From NCBI GenBank assembly GCA_965215375.1, contig CBDCDO010000002.1, positions 1,551,685 to 1,615,684 of the forward strand: 64,000 nt of DNA. The letters run 5' to 3'. Shown piece by piece: positions 45,299 through 54,815 of the stretch. The position numbers were made by a program, and so were the translations under genes. The DNA comes from Dehalococcoidia bacterium. Lineage in GTDB: Bacteria > Chloroflexota > Dehalococcoidia > Bin125. Each line of letters starts with the position of its first letter. Within the stretch, counting starts at the first letter, position 1. Below the pieces are notes generated by a model. That model was not told the DNA's origin, searched no databases, and saw nothing but the letters and a program-made list of their open reading frames with translations.

Positions 45299-47062
45299 TT
45301 AGGTGTCGAGCCAGAACTTCTCCATTGACGGAGAGAATCCGGAGACCGCCCAGTCCAGGTTCTGTAGTCGCCTGTGTCCTGTCCAGACGCCGCTGGACGT
45401 CGCGATTGGCGCCACCCAGGGCTCGCGGTCGAGGATGTCGTTGAACTCGTCGAGCAATGCCTGCCTACTGGATTCGGTGTCGGCTGTGGCAAAGCCGTCG
45501 ATCATCGCCTGATACTCGGGCGTCTCGTAGGCGCACGAGTTGGGAATTCGCATCTGGTAGTTCATCACGGGCAGAGTCTGTGGATGTAACCAGTGGAAGC
45601 CGTACGTGTTGATGTACGACTCGTGGTCGCCAGCGAGGAAGCGCTCTAGCCAGGAAGGACGATCCTGCAGGTTGATCATGAAGTTAAACCCAGCCTGGGA
45701 GGCGTCGTTGAGGATGATCTGCGCGATCGCGTTGTCCAGCGCGCCACGCCAGGTCGAGAGCTCAATCTCTGGCGTTCCGTCGGCGTAGCCGGCGTCGACC
45801 ATGAGTGCCTTGGCCTCTTCGACATTGAAGTAGCTGCGGTCGAACTCTGCGGAATAGCCCGGAGAGTATTCCGGCCAAAGGACATGCTTCGGCTGCTCAA
45901 GTCCATTGAAAACATCGATCGCGATGCGTTCCCGGTCGATGCAGCGATACAACGCGCGTCGCACTCGAGGATCGTTGAAGATCTCATGTCCGCCGTCGCG
46001 ACCAGTACCGACCATGCCAAAGACCCAGAGTCCACGCGCGACGCCCAACACGACGTTGTAGTCGGGATTCTGCTCGAACGCGTCAATCTGCTCGGCTGGG
46101 AACGACGGACTGAGATCGATCTCATCGGCGGCCAGCGCCAGCGTCATCGATTCGCGGTCCGGGAACGTCTGATAGGTAATGGCGTCGAGGTAGGCAGGAT
46201 CGTAGAAGTTCTCATGCCGCACGATCCGTGCGAACTGGTCCACGATGTGGGGGTCAGGATCCCACTTGAACGGTCCCGAGGCTGCCACCGTTTCGTAGCC
46301 CTCGAGCGATGCAATCTCGTCCGGGTCGTGGATGTGGCCGAAGTTGAGCACGTCGAAGATCGTTGTGCCGGGCCACAGCAGATGGAAGTTGAGGGTCGTC
46401 TTGTCGACCGCCTCGATTCGCTCGACATATTTCGCCAAGGGTCCCTTGACCTGGCTGTTCGGAGTGTCCTCGTGGAGGATCGCCTCGAAACTCGCCTTGA
46501 CCGATTCAGCGTCAATCGAGCGGGCATTGTGGAACTCGAGGCCGGGACGCAGATTGACCGTGAGCACGGTCTGGTCGCCGTTGAACTCCCACGATTCAGC
46601 CAGTCGAGGTTCTGGTTCAAGCGAGTCGAACGGATACCGAATCAGGGTGTCCCAGACCGGGGTGTGGAATGCGCCGTGCTGGGACTGTGCGTAGGGGCCG
46701 CGGTAGCCTGAGAGCGCCAAGTCCCATCCGATCCGCAGGGTGCCGCCACGCTTCACCGCATCGCCAGTCTGCTGGGCCTGAGCAGTCGCAGCCTGTTGCT
46801 GTTGCTGTTGCTGGTCTGGTTGCGACTGTTGTTGAGGTTGATCCTGCTGGACTTGCGTGGAGTCCTCTTGTTGTTGCTGCTGCGTCGGCTGGACCTGCTG
46901 TTGCGCCTGGGCCGCACCTTGTTGCTGCTGATCCTCATCGTCGCCGCAACCGACGAGCGCGATGCCGGCTGCGCCGAGCCCGGCTCGACCGCTCGCTTCC
47001 AGCAGTGAGCGTCGCGACAGTTGCTGCTGACGAATTCGGTCCCAGAACGTTCGGTTCGACAT
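45299..47062 (-). CDS. ABC transporter substrate-binding protein (SBP family 5), TAT-lipoprotein with poly-Q linker
   Basis: SRRSLLEASGRAGLGAAGIALVGCG (twin-arginine + lipobox). A ~50-aa Gln-rich low-complexity tether follows, then the SBP_bac_5 fold. Confidence 0.85.
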   Translation of the reverse strand: MSNRTFWDRIRQQQLSRRSLLEASGRAGLGAAGIALVGCGDDEDQQQQGAAQAQQQVQPTQQQQQEDSTQVQQDQPQQQSQPDQQQQQQQAATAQAQQTGDAVKRGGTLRIGWDLALSGYRGPYAQSQHGAFHTPVWDTLIRYPFDSLEPEPRLAESWEFNGDQTVLTVNLRPGLEFHNARSIDAESVKASFEAILHEDTPNSQVKGPLAKYVERIEAVDKTTLNFHLLWPGTTIFDVLNFGHIHDPDEIASLEGYETVAASGPFKWDPDPHIVDQFARIVRHENFYDPAYLDAITYQTFPDRESMTLALAADEIDLSPSFPAEQIDAFEQNPDYNVVLGVARGLWVFGMVGTGRDGGHEIFNDPRVRRALYRCIDRERIAIDVFNGLEQPKHVLWPEYSPGYSAEFDRSYFNVEEAKALMVDAGYADGTPEIELSTWRGALDNAIAQIILNDASQAGFNFMINLQDRPSWLERFLAGDHESYINTYGFHWLHPQTLPVMNYQMRIPNSCAYETPEYQAMIDGFATADTESSRQALLDEFNDILDREPWVAPIATSSGVWTGHRRLQNLDWAVSGFSPSMEKFWLDT

Positions 47063-47191
47063 CGGTTCGGTCCCTCTCTCGCACCCTGCTGTGCCTCCAT
47101 CCGAGCTCAGCAAGGAGAGTATGCCGATCTGCAGTCGGCTTGACAACCTGTTGCGACCGGTTCAGCGGCGACCTCAACGGTCGCGACGCCG

Positions 47192-48967
47192 CTAGACCAT
47201 GTGGATCTGCTGCATCGATGGGATGCTGAGTACGTCGAACTCGATGCCGGTGAACTTGCTCGACCAGGCCCAGATGTCGCTGCGAGTGACGATTGGCGCA
47301 ATCCATGGCTCGTCGTCGAGCAGGGTGTTGAACTCTTCCAGCAACTCGCTACGGCGCGCATCAGAGTCGGCCGTGCCAAAGCTGTCGATCAGCGCTTGGT
47401 AGTAGTCGGGACCGTACGCGCAGGAGTTGGGAATTCGCATTTGGAAGTTCATCACCGGCAGCGTCTGCGGATGCAGGGCGAAGAACGCGTACGACGACAG
47501 ATACGCCTCGTTCCCGGCGTTCAAGAATCGATCGCGCCCTACCGCCGCTTCGAGCAATGTGATGTTGATGTTGATCCCCGCCTCGGCGGCGCCAGCCTGG
47601 ATCACCTGCGCGATCTCATTGGCTTCACCACCGGTGTGGGCCAGTTCGATCGTCAGTTCACCCGGACCGTAGCCGGCCTCTTCCAGCAGTGCCGCGGCCT
47701 CTTCGGGGTTGAAGTAGTCGCGGTCACGGGCTTCGTCGTAACCGGGTGAGAACGGTGGCCAGAGGATGTTCTTCGGCTGCGCGAGACCCTCGAAGGTCTC
47801 GTTGGCCACGCGATCGCGGTCGATCACGCGGTAGATCGCCTGACGCACCTTGGGATCGGCAAACGCCTCATGTCCGCCATTCTCATTCGGAATGACCATG
47901 CCCAGCACCCAGATCGCCAGCGTCGGTGGGGCGACGACCACGGTGAAATCGGGGTCCGAGTTGAAGCGCTCGTAGTCCGGTTTGGGTAGACGGTTGGTGA
48001 GGTCGATCTCGCCGGCGCCGAGCGCGAGCGACATCGCCGTGGCGTCCGGGAACTGGTACAGCTCAATCCCGTCGAGCAGCGCTGGCTCGTAGAAGTTCTC
48101 GAACCGCTCGCCGGACGCATACTGGTCAACTTGGTATGAGGACGCGTCGAACTTGAACGGTCCCGAGCCGTTGAGCGAGATGTATCCGTCCAGGTTGGGA
48201 ATGTCGTCGACGTCGTGAATTTGGGCGTAGTTGAGCACGTCGTAGACGAGTGTGCCGCCCCAGGCCATGTGAATCTGCAGCGTGACCTCGTCGACCACGT
48301 CGACCGAGGAGACGTACTTGGTCATGATCCCCTTGACCTGGTTGTTGGCGACACCCTCGTCGTCCATCGCCTCCAGGCTGCGCTTGACCTCGGTCGCGTT
48401 GAGCGGTTTGCCGTTGTGGAACTCGAGACCGGGACGCAGCTTGATCTGCAACATGGTCTGGTCGTCGTTCATCTCCCAGCTCTCGGCTAGGTGCGGCTGA
48501 GGGTCGAGACCATCGGGCGAGTACTTGGTCAAGGTGTCCCAGAAGGGGATGTACAGCGGAATGTGCGCCGAGGATGAGAGATACGGCGCACGATAGGTCG
48601 AGAGTCCGATATCCGAGCCGATCCGCAGCACACCACCGCGTCGGGCGTCATCGGCGGTGGTGGTGACCGTCTGCTGCTGATCTTGCTGTTGTTGCGCTGG
48701 GGCGTCCTGTTGTTGGGATTGGTCGGCTTGTTGCTCTGACTGCGGCTGGTCCTGCTGCATCTGACCTTGCTGCTGGGCCTGCGGCTGCGACTGATCCTGC
48801 TGTTGTTGCTGCTGTGCGACGGTCTGTTGCGGTTCTTCGCCGTCATCACCACAGCCGACCAACGCCAAGCCAGCCGCACCGAGACCTGCTCGTCCTCCCG
48901 CGTTGAGCAGACGGCGTCGGCTCATCTGCTGCTGTCGGATTCGTTTCCAGTAGTTCTGCTCGCTCAT
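47192..48967 (-). CDS. ABC transporter substrate-binding protein (SBP family 5), paralog with poly-Q linker
   Basis: MSEQNYWKRIRQQQMSRRRLLNAGGRAGLGAAGLALVGCG…; same architecture. Confidence 0.85.
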   Translation of the reverse strand: MSEQNYWKRIRQQQMSRRRLLNAGGRAGLGAAGLALVGCGDDGEEPQQTVAQQQQQQDQSQPQAQQQGQMQQDQPQSEQQADQSQQQDAPAQQQQDQQQTVTTTADDARRGGVLRIGSDIGLSTYRAPYLSSSAHIPLYIPFWDTLTKYSPDGLDPQPHLAESWEMNDDQTMLQIKLRPGLEFHNGKPLNATEVKRSLEAMDDEGVANNQVKGIMTKYVSSVDVVDEVTLQIHMAWGGTLVYDVLNYAQIHDVDDIPNLDGYISLNGSGPFKFDASSYQVDQYASGERFENFYEPALLDGIELYQFPDATAMSLALGAGEIDLTNRLPKPDYERFNSDPDFTVVVAPPTLAIWVLGMVIPNENGGHEAFADPKVRQAIYRVIDRDRVANETFEGLAQPKNILWPPFSPGYDEARDRDYFNPEEAAALLEEAGYGPGELTIELAHTGGEANEIAQVIQAGAAEAGININITLLEAAVGRDRFLNAGNEAYLSSYAFFALHPQTLPVMNFQMRIPNSCAYGPDYYQALIDSFGTADSDARRSELLEEFNTLLDDEPWIAPIVTRSDIWAWSSKFTGIEFDVLSIPSMQQIHMV

Positions 48968-49135
48968 GTCGCTACTTTCTGGTTGGCTTGGCGGGATGCC
49001 GCTGAAGGTTCGTGCAGCCGAAGTATCGCGGTATTGCAAACGCATCGCAACCTGAGTGGGTTTGGGTGATGCTCGGTTAGCCTGCGCTGATAGGAGCGTG
49101 CAGCGATCGCGAGTCGCGAGTTGAAGGAGGTTCCC

Positions 49136-50086
49136 ATGCGTGGTGTTGGCGTGATTGAGTTCGGTGGACCTGAAGCATTACAAGTGGTGGAACTGCCCGA
49201 GGTCCACGCTGGGCCCGGCGAGGTTCGGCTGCGAGTCCATGCCGCGACGGTGAATCCAACCGATACGTTTATTCGGGGAGGCGCTCGCGCCGACGCGCTT
49301 CGCGAGTCCGGCCCGCCTCCGTACATTCCCGGGATGGATGCCGCTGGCGTGATCGACGAAGTGGGCCCCGATACGGAGACCGATCTGCAGGTCGGCGACG
49401 CCGTCATGGCGATGGTGATCCCGCGAGGAAGCCACGGCGCCTACCGCGAGAGCATCGTCCTCAAGGCCGATGCCGTGACCCGGTCGCCAGCCGGTGCGAG
49501 TCACGCTGAGTCGTCCACACTGCCGATGAACGCGCTTACCGCTCGACAATCGCTTGACCAGATGGCACTACAACCTGGTCAGACACTCGCCGTGACCGGC
49601 GCGGCCGGCTGCTACGGCGGCTACATGGTCGAGATGGGCAAGGCCGACGGGCTGACCATCATCGCCGATGCGGCCGAGAAGGACGAGCAGCTTGTCAAGG
49701 ATCTCGGCGCGGACATCATCGTCCCCCGGGGCGATGACATCTCCGAGCAGATTCGCAATGTCGCGCCCGACGGTGTCGATGGTCTCGCCGATGGCGCGGT
49801 CCAGAACGCGCTCGCTGTGGGCGCAATCAGGGACGGCGGCCAATACGCCAGCGTTCGCGGCTGGCGCGGACCGGACGGCGGCGAGCGAGGAATCAGCTTC
49901 CACGTCACGATGGTGTTTACATATGATCGTCGAGCGGATCTGCTGGACACGCTCCGTCAGCAGGTCGAGGATGGTCAAGTCACGCTGAGGGTCAACTCAA
50001 CATACCCAGCGGAGCAGGCCGCGGAGACACATCGACTCTTCAAGCAAGGAGGTCACCGAGGCCGCTTCGTGATCACGTTCGACTAG
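49136..50086 (+). CDS. NADPH:quinone oxidoreductase / zinc-type MDR family alcohol dehydrogenase
   Basis: …PGEVRLRVHAATVNPTD…; AVTGAAGCYGG cofactor motif. AAGGAGG lies 5 nt upstream of the ATG at 49136. Confidence 0.8.
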   Translation: MRGVGVIEFGGPEALQVVELPEVHAGPGEVRLRVHAATVNPTDTFIRGGARADALRESGPPPYIPGMDAAGVIDEVGPDTETDLQVGDAVMAMVIPRGSHGAYRESIVLKADAVTRSPAGASHAESSTLPMNALTARQSLDQMALQPGQTLAVTGAAGCYGGYMVEMGKADGLTIIADAAEKDEQLVKDLGADIIVPRGDDISEQIRNVAPDGVDGLADGAVQNALAVGAIRDGGQYASVRGWRGPDGGERGISFHVTMVFTYDRRADLLDTLRQQVEDGQVTLRVNSTYPAEQAAETHRLFKQGGHRGRFVITFD

Positions 50087-50217
50087 TCGCAAACCGGCGA
50101 GATACCCGCGCTGGATGGACTTCCTGAGCTGGTTTCTTGCGATGGCGCCTTGCCTTTAGCGTTTTGGCTCCGCGATGGTGTTGCGTGCGTTCTCGAGGAT
50201 GGCGGCGATGGTGCTCA

Positions 50218-51820
50218 TCAGTGGTAGCACCCGCGGCTGTAATACAATCTGAGGAGGTGATCCTCAGCGAGAAGCAGAGTCTCGTTGACTATGACGGCCA
50301 TCAACCCGTTGTGGGGTTTGCCTTCACCGCTCATGGCGGCGCACTGCATCTGGAACGACTGGTAGCCGAGCAGTTCCCATAGGTACTCCAGATCCCGATG
50401 GCACACCTCGTTCGACCGGTTCAGCTTGTCCACCCACCCGGCCGCGCCGCTGCTGTTGAGCCGGTTGATCTCCTGGCAGTTGAGGGACGCGTCGAACTCG
50501 CGGGTCAAGTAGTCGCTGTGCTTGCCGGTTGCTGGCGCTGGGCAGACCTGCACCTTGTGCGAGTGGCTGGCCTCGATCTGATGATTGGAAAGCCTGTGTC
50601 GTGTCAGCGTGAGCCAGCCGTCTCCGGCGCCGTTGCACGTGAAATTCAGCGGGGCACCTTTGAAATCCTGGGTGATCGCAGTGCCCCAAGGCGAATCGCC
50701 GGGAATGTAAATCCGGTAAGCAGTCCTCTGGTGGAAACGAGCGGAGCCAGAAGGTACGACTGTGACGGAGACCAGGCCACTCGCCATGCGCTGGGACACC
50801 ACGGTGAAGGTGCCTGCCGTATCTGACGTGTAGGCGATGTTCCCAATCGTTGGATAGGTGCGGTCATCCTCTACGTGGATGAAATCCACCGTCGAGCCGC
50901 CGCTCCGCCTGTTTTGTCCACGGAATGTCGTCGTCTGCATCAGCACCTCGAATCTGCCCCAGGAGTGACCATCATCCACCACGGAGTCATCGACGGTGTT
51001 GAATGTCACCGGAATGTTGCGCGTGTAGTGTCCGCCACCGCGGTGCGTCCACGCTGTTGCCGACGGTGGAACCCACGCGTCAATGGTCCCTCTGCCCACC
51101 TCGGCTGCATTCTCCATTAGCAGAGTCATCGCAGAACTCTGGACGTAAAAGTGAACCCCATCAATCGACGCATCCGCTGGCGTCAATTGCACGTGCAACG
51201 TCACGTCGTACCTCTTGTACATCCCCTCGGGCACGTAGTAGGTGAAACTCGCCGCGTAGTCTTGGTCAGGCGTCTGCGTGACCCATGCTTCATAGCTCGT
51301 CGGCGGCGACGCCTGCTGAGGCTCGGGCTGCCCCTGATCCGGCTGTTGGGTTTCTGGTTGTTGGGTTTCCGGCTGAGCGGTGACCTGAACACCCGGTGTC
51401 CAGCCGCAGTCGAGCAGTCGGGACACCTCGTCGCGGAACTGTAACCATCCGCCCCCAGCGCCCGACGCGCGCGTCCATTTCGGCCAGCGTGACTGGCTCT
51501 ACTGGGTCTTTCGAGTTGTACTCATGGTCGACCCCGAGGAAGAGCAGCACCTGGCGCCAGCTCCTCCCGTATCCCGGTGGCCTGTGGTTCAGCGCCCGGT
51601 ATCGCTCGGCCTTTGCCACGATCGCCTCGTTGGGGGAGCAGGCAGCCGACGGCTTGTTTTCGTCGGACTCCTTCCTCGCGGCCGGTTGCGAACCGACCGA
51701 GCCAAAATTGCCTGCGCCTGGAGTGCCGGAAGTCGGCAACGCCGCTGACTCCATGATCGTCGTCGCGGCAGCCACGCCGGCGACGATCGCCAGAGTCAAG
51801 ACGATGATGACGCGGAACAT
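50218..51820 (-). pseudogene. secreted protein (signal peptide + Pro/Gln-rich linker + ~350-aa unknown domain) interrupted by an apparent frameshift near 51440-51480
   Basis: ORF 51290..51820 supplies a signal peptide (MFRVIIVLTLAIVAGVAAATT). Its C-terminal ~55 aa look out-of-frame (Arg-rich). ORF 50218..51426 is open upstream to ~51478 and reads protein-like (…GGGWLQFRDEVSRLLDCGWTPGVQVTAQPETQQPETQQ…). The overlap contains a G-run/GCGCGCG tract. Confidence 0.45.
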
Positions 51821-51971
51821 GACTATCCCCGCCTGTGGATAAGATTTCCGAATACATATGCGGTCACCACTCGATGGAAGTGGTTAGACCTGTATCAGGT
51901 AGCGCCCTAGCTGGTTAAGGCAGCGTTTGCCACGGAGCGGAAGGGGTGGTGTAAGCGCGGTCGTGGGCGGT

Positions 51972-52325
51972 ATCGAGATACCGGCGCGCTTCTGCACCGC
52001 CATGCCGGCGCTCGCCTCCACCGAGATACCCGCGCACCCATCCCGCCGAGATACCCGCGCTTGCCGCGGGTATCTCGTTGAGTGCAGCACGGACTTCTGG
52101 CGACCGCTCCGCTCCTCGTCTGACGAGGACTGAGGTGACGCCGGTGTAGATCGCTCCTTGTGGGCGGCTGGCGAGAACGTAGTCGGCAGGTTTCGCGCGA
52201 CAATTGGCTCCTGGTAGTTGGGGTTGGTGCTGACGACGGCGAGATACCCGCGGCGGAGCGCGGGTATGACGGAGAAAAGTGGGCGCGGATATGACGGTGG
52301 TAGGGTGCGCGGGTATCTCGGTGAT
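51972..52325. repeat. two clusters of REP-like palindromes (gagatacccgcg… cgcgggtatctcg; gcgagatacccgcggcggagcgcgggtatgacgg …)
   Basis: At least five stem copies at 51972-52080 and 52238-52325. Confidence 0.7.
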
Positions 52326-52345
52326 GGCTCGGGTATGGGGTGGCG

Positions 52346-53167
52346 TTATGCCTTTGCGGCTTTGGCGATCGCTTGGGCTAGGGTTCTTGCGTTGATGACT
52401 CCGTGGGTGAGGAAGTCGGACATGACTCTTGCGTAGGCTGACGGTACCTCTCGGGGGACTCCGTGGCCGACTCGGCTGAATACGTGGAGGGTGGCGTTGC
52501 CGAGTCTTGCGAAGTCCTTGAGGTTGGGCGTGAGCAGTGAGTCGGCAGCTCCGGCGAGGAGGAGTGTTGGGGTTTGAACTTCGCCGAGTCGGTCGCCCTT
52601 GTGGTAGTTGACCATCGCGTCCCAGCAACCGTCATAGTGTCCGAGGGAGACGGAGAGCTGTCGGTCGACCTGAGCGGGGACGTCGGCGTGCGCGGACTCG
52701 CGCGGGACTCCTGCGATTCCCGTGCGGATGAGGAGGTCGCGTTCCTTGTTGATCCATCGCTCGCGCATGGTGTCGCGCGCTGATTGGGGCATATCGATGC
52801 CGTCGGCAGGCGCCGGCGCGGACAGTGTCAGGCTCAGCAGTCGATCGGCGTGTGAGATTCCGAGCTCGAAGCCGATCAGTCCACCCATGCTCTGGCCTGC
52901 GTAGTGGAAACGATCCAGACCGAGATGGTCGGCCATTCCCGCGACGTCTGCGGCTAACTGTTCGATGTTGTAGCCGTCGTCGGGGTGTGAAGAGTCGCCG
53001 GCGCCTCGACAGTCCATTGCGATACATCGGTAGTGTTCGCTCATTCGCTCGACGACGCCACCCCAAGCCTCGTGCGAGGCGGTGTATCCGTGTTGGAAGA
53101 TGATCGGTTCGCCGATGCCGATGTCCTCAAAGTAGAGGTCGGCACCGTTGATGGTTGCTCTGGCCAC
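52346..53167 (-). CDS. alpha/beta hydrolase (3-oxoadipate enol-lactonase-like fold)
   Basis: …IIFQHGYTASHEAW…; nucleophile elbow GQSMGG. Confidence 0.8.
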   Translation of the reverse strand: MARATINGADLYFEDIGIGEPIIFQHGYTASHEAWGGVVERMSEHYRCIAMDCRGAGDSSHPDDGYNIEQLAADVAGMADHLGLDRFHYAGQSMGGLIGFELGISHADRLLSLTLSAPAPADGIDMPQSARDTMRERWINKERDLLIRTGIAGVPRESAHADVPAQVDRQLSVSLGHYDGCWDAMVNYHKGDRLGEVQTPTLLLAGAADSLLTPNLKDFARLGNATLHVFSRVGHGVPREVPSAYARVMSDFLTHGVINARTLAQAIAKAAKA

Positions 53168-53184
53168 AGTAGGTTCCTATCGAA

Positions 53185-53964
53185 CTATCGGGCGTCGTAG
53201 CCGCCGTCGACTGGGAGTGCGATTCCGTTGACGAAGCTGGCGTCGTCGGAGGCGAGGAATGCGGCTGCGGCGGCGATCTCCTCGGGCTGGCCTAGGCGTC
53301 CCATTGGATGGAGGCTGGCGAGGAACTCCTCGGCGCCTTCCATCTCTCGGATTTGCGCGGTCATTGGGGTGTGGATGTATCCCGGACAGACGGCATTGAC
53401 GCGCACGCCGCGGGGTCCGTAGGTGACGGCGAACTGTCGGGTGATTCCGACCACCCCATGCTTGGCCGCGACGTATGCGCCGGCGCCCTCTTCGACCTCG
53501 AGATCGACGTCGCGCGTTGAAGCGCTGCTGAGCAGTCCGTTGAGCCCAGCGATCGATGCGGTGTTGATGATCGAGCCGCCGCCGCGCTCGGCGAGCATCG
53601 CCGCGCCGTGAAAGGTGCCATAGTAGACGCCGGACAGGTTGACCGAGATTGTGCGGTCCCAGCCGTACTGGCTGCCGCCGATTCCGGCGTTGTTGAACAG
53701 CACATTGAGTCCGCCGAGCACCTGCACAGTCTGGCTGAGGGCGTCCTTGACGGCGTCCTCTGAGGTGACGTCGAGCTCCATCGTGGCCGAGCGACCGCCG
53801 TGCTCGGCGATCTGGGCGGCCGTGGTTTGGGCGCCTTCGACATCGATGTCGGCGCACATCACGGCGGCGCCTTCGGAGGCCATCCGCAGCGCGGAAGCGC
53901 GTCCAATCCCTGAGCCTGCGCCAGTGATGAGGGCAACGCGGTCGGTCAGTCGGTCAATGGGCAT
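53185..53964 (-). CDS. short-chain dehydrogenase/reductase (SDR)
   Basis: MPIDRLTDRVALITGAGSGIGRA…NNAGIGG…YVAAKHGV. The real start is the ATG at 53964, with GGAG 8 nt upstream. Confidence 0.8.
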   Translation of the reverse strand: MPIDRLTDRVALITGAGSGIGRASALRMASEGAAVMCADIDVEGAQTTAAQIAEHGGRSATMELDVTSEDAVKDALSQTVQVLGGLNVLFNNAGIGGSQYGWDRTISVNLSGVYYGTFHGAAMLAERGGGSIINTASIAGLNGLLSSASTRDVDLEVEEGAGAYVAAKHGVVGITRQFAVTYGPRGVRVNAVCPGYIHTPMTAQIREMEGAEEFLASLHPMGRLGQPEEIAAAAAFLASDDASFVNGIALPVDGGYDAR

Positions 53965-54027
53965 CGGAATCTCCAATCGTTTTGGCCAGTCTAGGGTGAA
54001 CATTCCGCGGTACGCTGACGGCGATGA

Positions 54028-54438
54028 ATGGGAGCAGAATTGGGGCAGATCATGGTGAGTGAGACGACAGCGATTGTCGACTACGAGGCGCAGGCGCGGC
54101 AGTTCCTGGATAAGGCGCAGGAATATCTGCGCGAGGGCGATTTGCATCAGGCCTCGGAGAAGGGCTGGGGCGCGGCTTCGCATATGGCGAAAGCGGTCGC
54201 GTTGTCGCAGGGTTGGAGCTACGACACGCACGCCGAGTTCAGCGTGGTCATCAACAACGCCACACTGGTCACTGGAGACGATCGCCTGCGAGGTCTACGC
54301 GGCCTGGCCAACGATCTCCATGGCAACTTCTATCGCCGCCGTCGCCACCTCGATGCTGAGATGATTGCGCGAGATCTGTCGAGCATGGCCGAGCTGGTGG
54401 AGCTGCTGGCTCCGTTGGTCAAGGTAGGGTCAGAGTGA
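54028..54438 (+). CDS. hypothetical all-alpha protein, possibly HEPN/PaREP1-like
   Basis: …QASEKGWGAASHMAKAVALSQGW… and …NFYRRRRHLDAE… give an R…H arrangement reminiscent of HEPN. This is a weak assignment from motifs only. Confidence 0.4.
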   Translation: MGAELGQIMVSETTAIVDYEAQARQFLDKAQEYLREGDLHQASEKGWGAASHMAKAVALSQGWSYDTHAEFSVVINNATLVTGDDRLRGLRGLANDLHGNFYRRRRHLDAEMIARDLSSMAELVELLAPLVKVGSE

Positions 54439-54471
54439 CGCGATATCGAGTCGCGAGAAGGTAGGCACCAA

Positions 54472-54813
54472 ATGGTCACTCAGGAGCCACGGGCTGGCCA
54501 GTTTGAGTCCGAATCAGATGCTGCGTTACGCGCTGAGTTTGACCATCTCACCTCCCAATGGAAGGAAGAGACGATGGGTGACTCGCTCGGCTATCAGACC
54601 CTCGCGCACCCAGCGCATCTGCGGATCATCTCGATGGGTGAGCGAGCGCTGCCCTGGATTCTTCGCGATATGGACGCTCATGGCGGGCATTGGTTTGCCG
54701 CTTTGGAGGCAATCACAGGTGTCGACCCCGTGCCACCTGAGGATCAGGGCTACGGCAAGCGAATGCGGGAGTCATGGCTGGGCCTCGGACGTCAACGGGG
54801 CTGGATCGACTAG
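54472..54813 (+). CDS. hypothetical protein
   Basis: A 113-aa ORF with coding-like composition, co-oriented with and 33 bp after the previous gene. Confidence 0.45.
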   Translation: MVTQEPRAGQFESESDAALRAEFDHLTSQWKEETMGDSLGYQTLAHPAHLRIISMGERALPWILRDMDAHGGHWFAALEAITGVDPVPPEDQGYGKRMRESWLGLGRQRGWID

Positions 54814-54815
54814 CG

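Noticed and set aside
46796-47008. Leucine/arginine-rich ORFs and the poly-Q tracts (46753..47100, 48529..48879) as possible separate genes or low-complexity repeats
   Set aside because: They are frame-shifted or antisense readings of the CAG/CTG-rich linker region encoding the poly-Q tethers of the two SBPs; they are not independent features.
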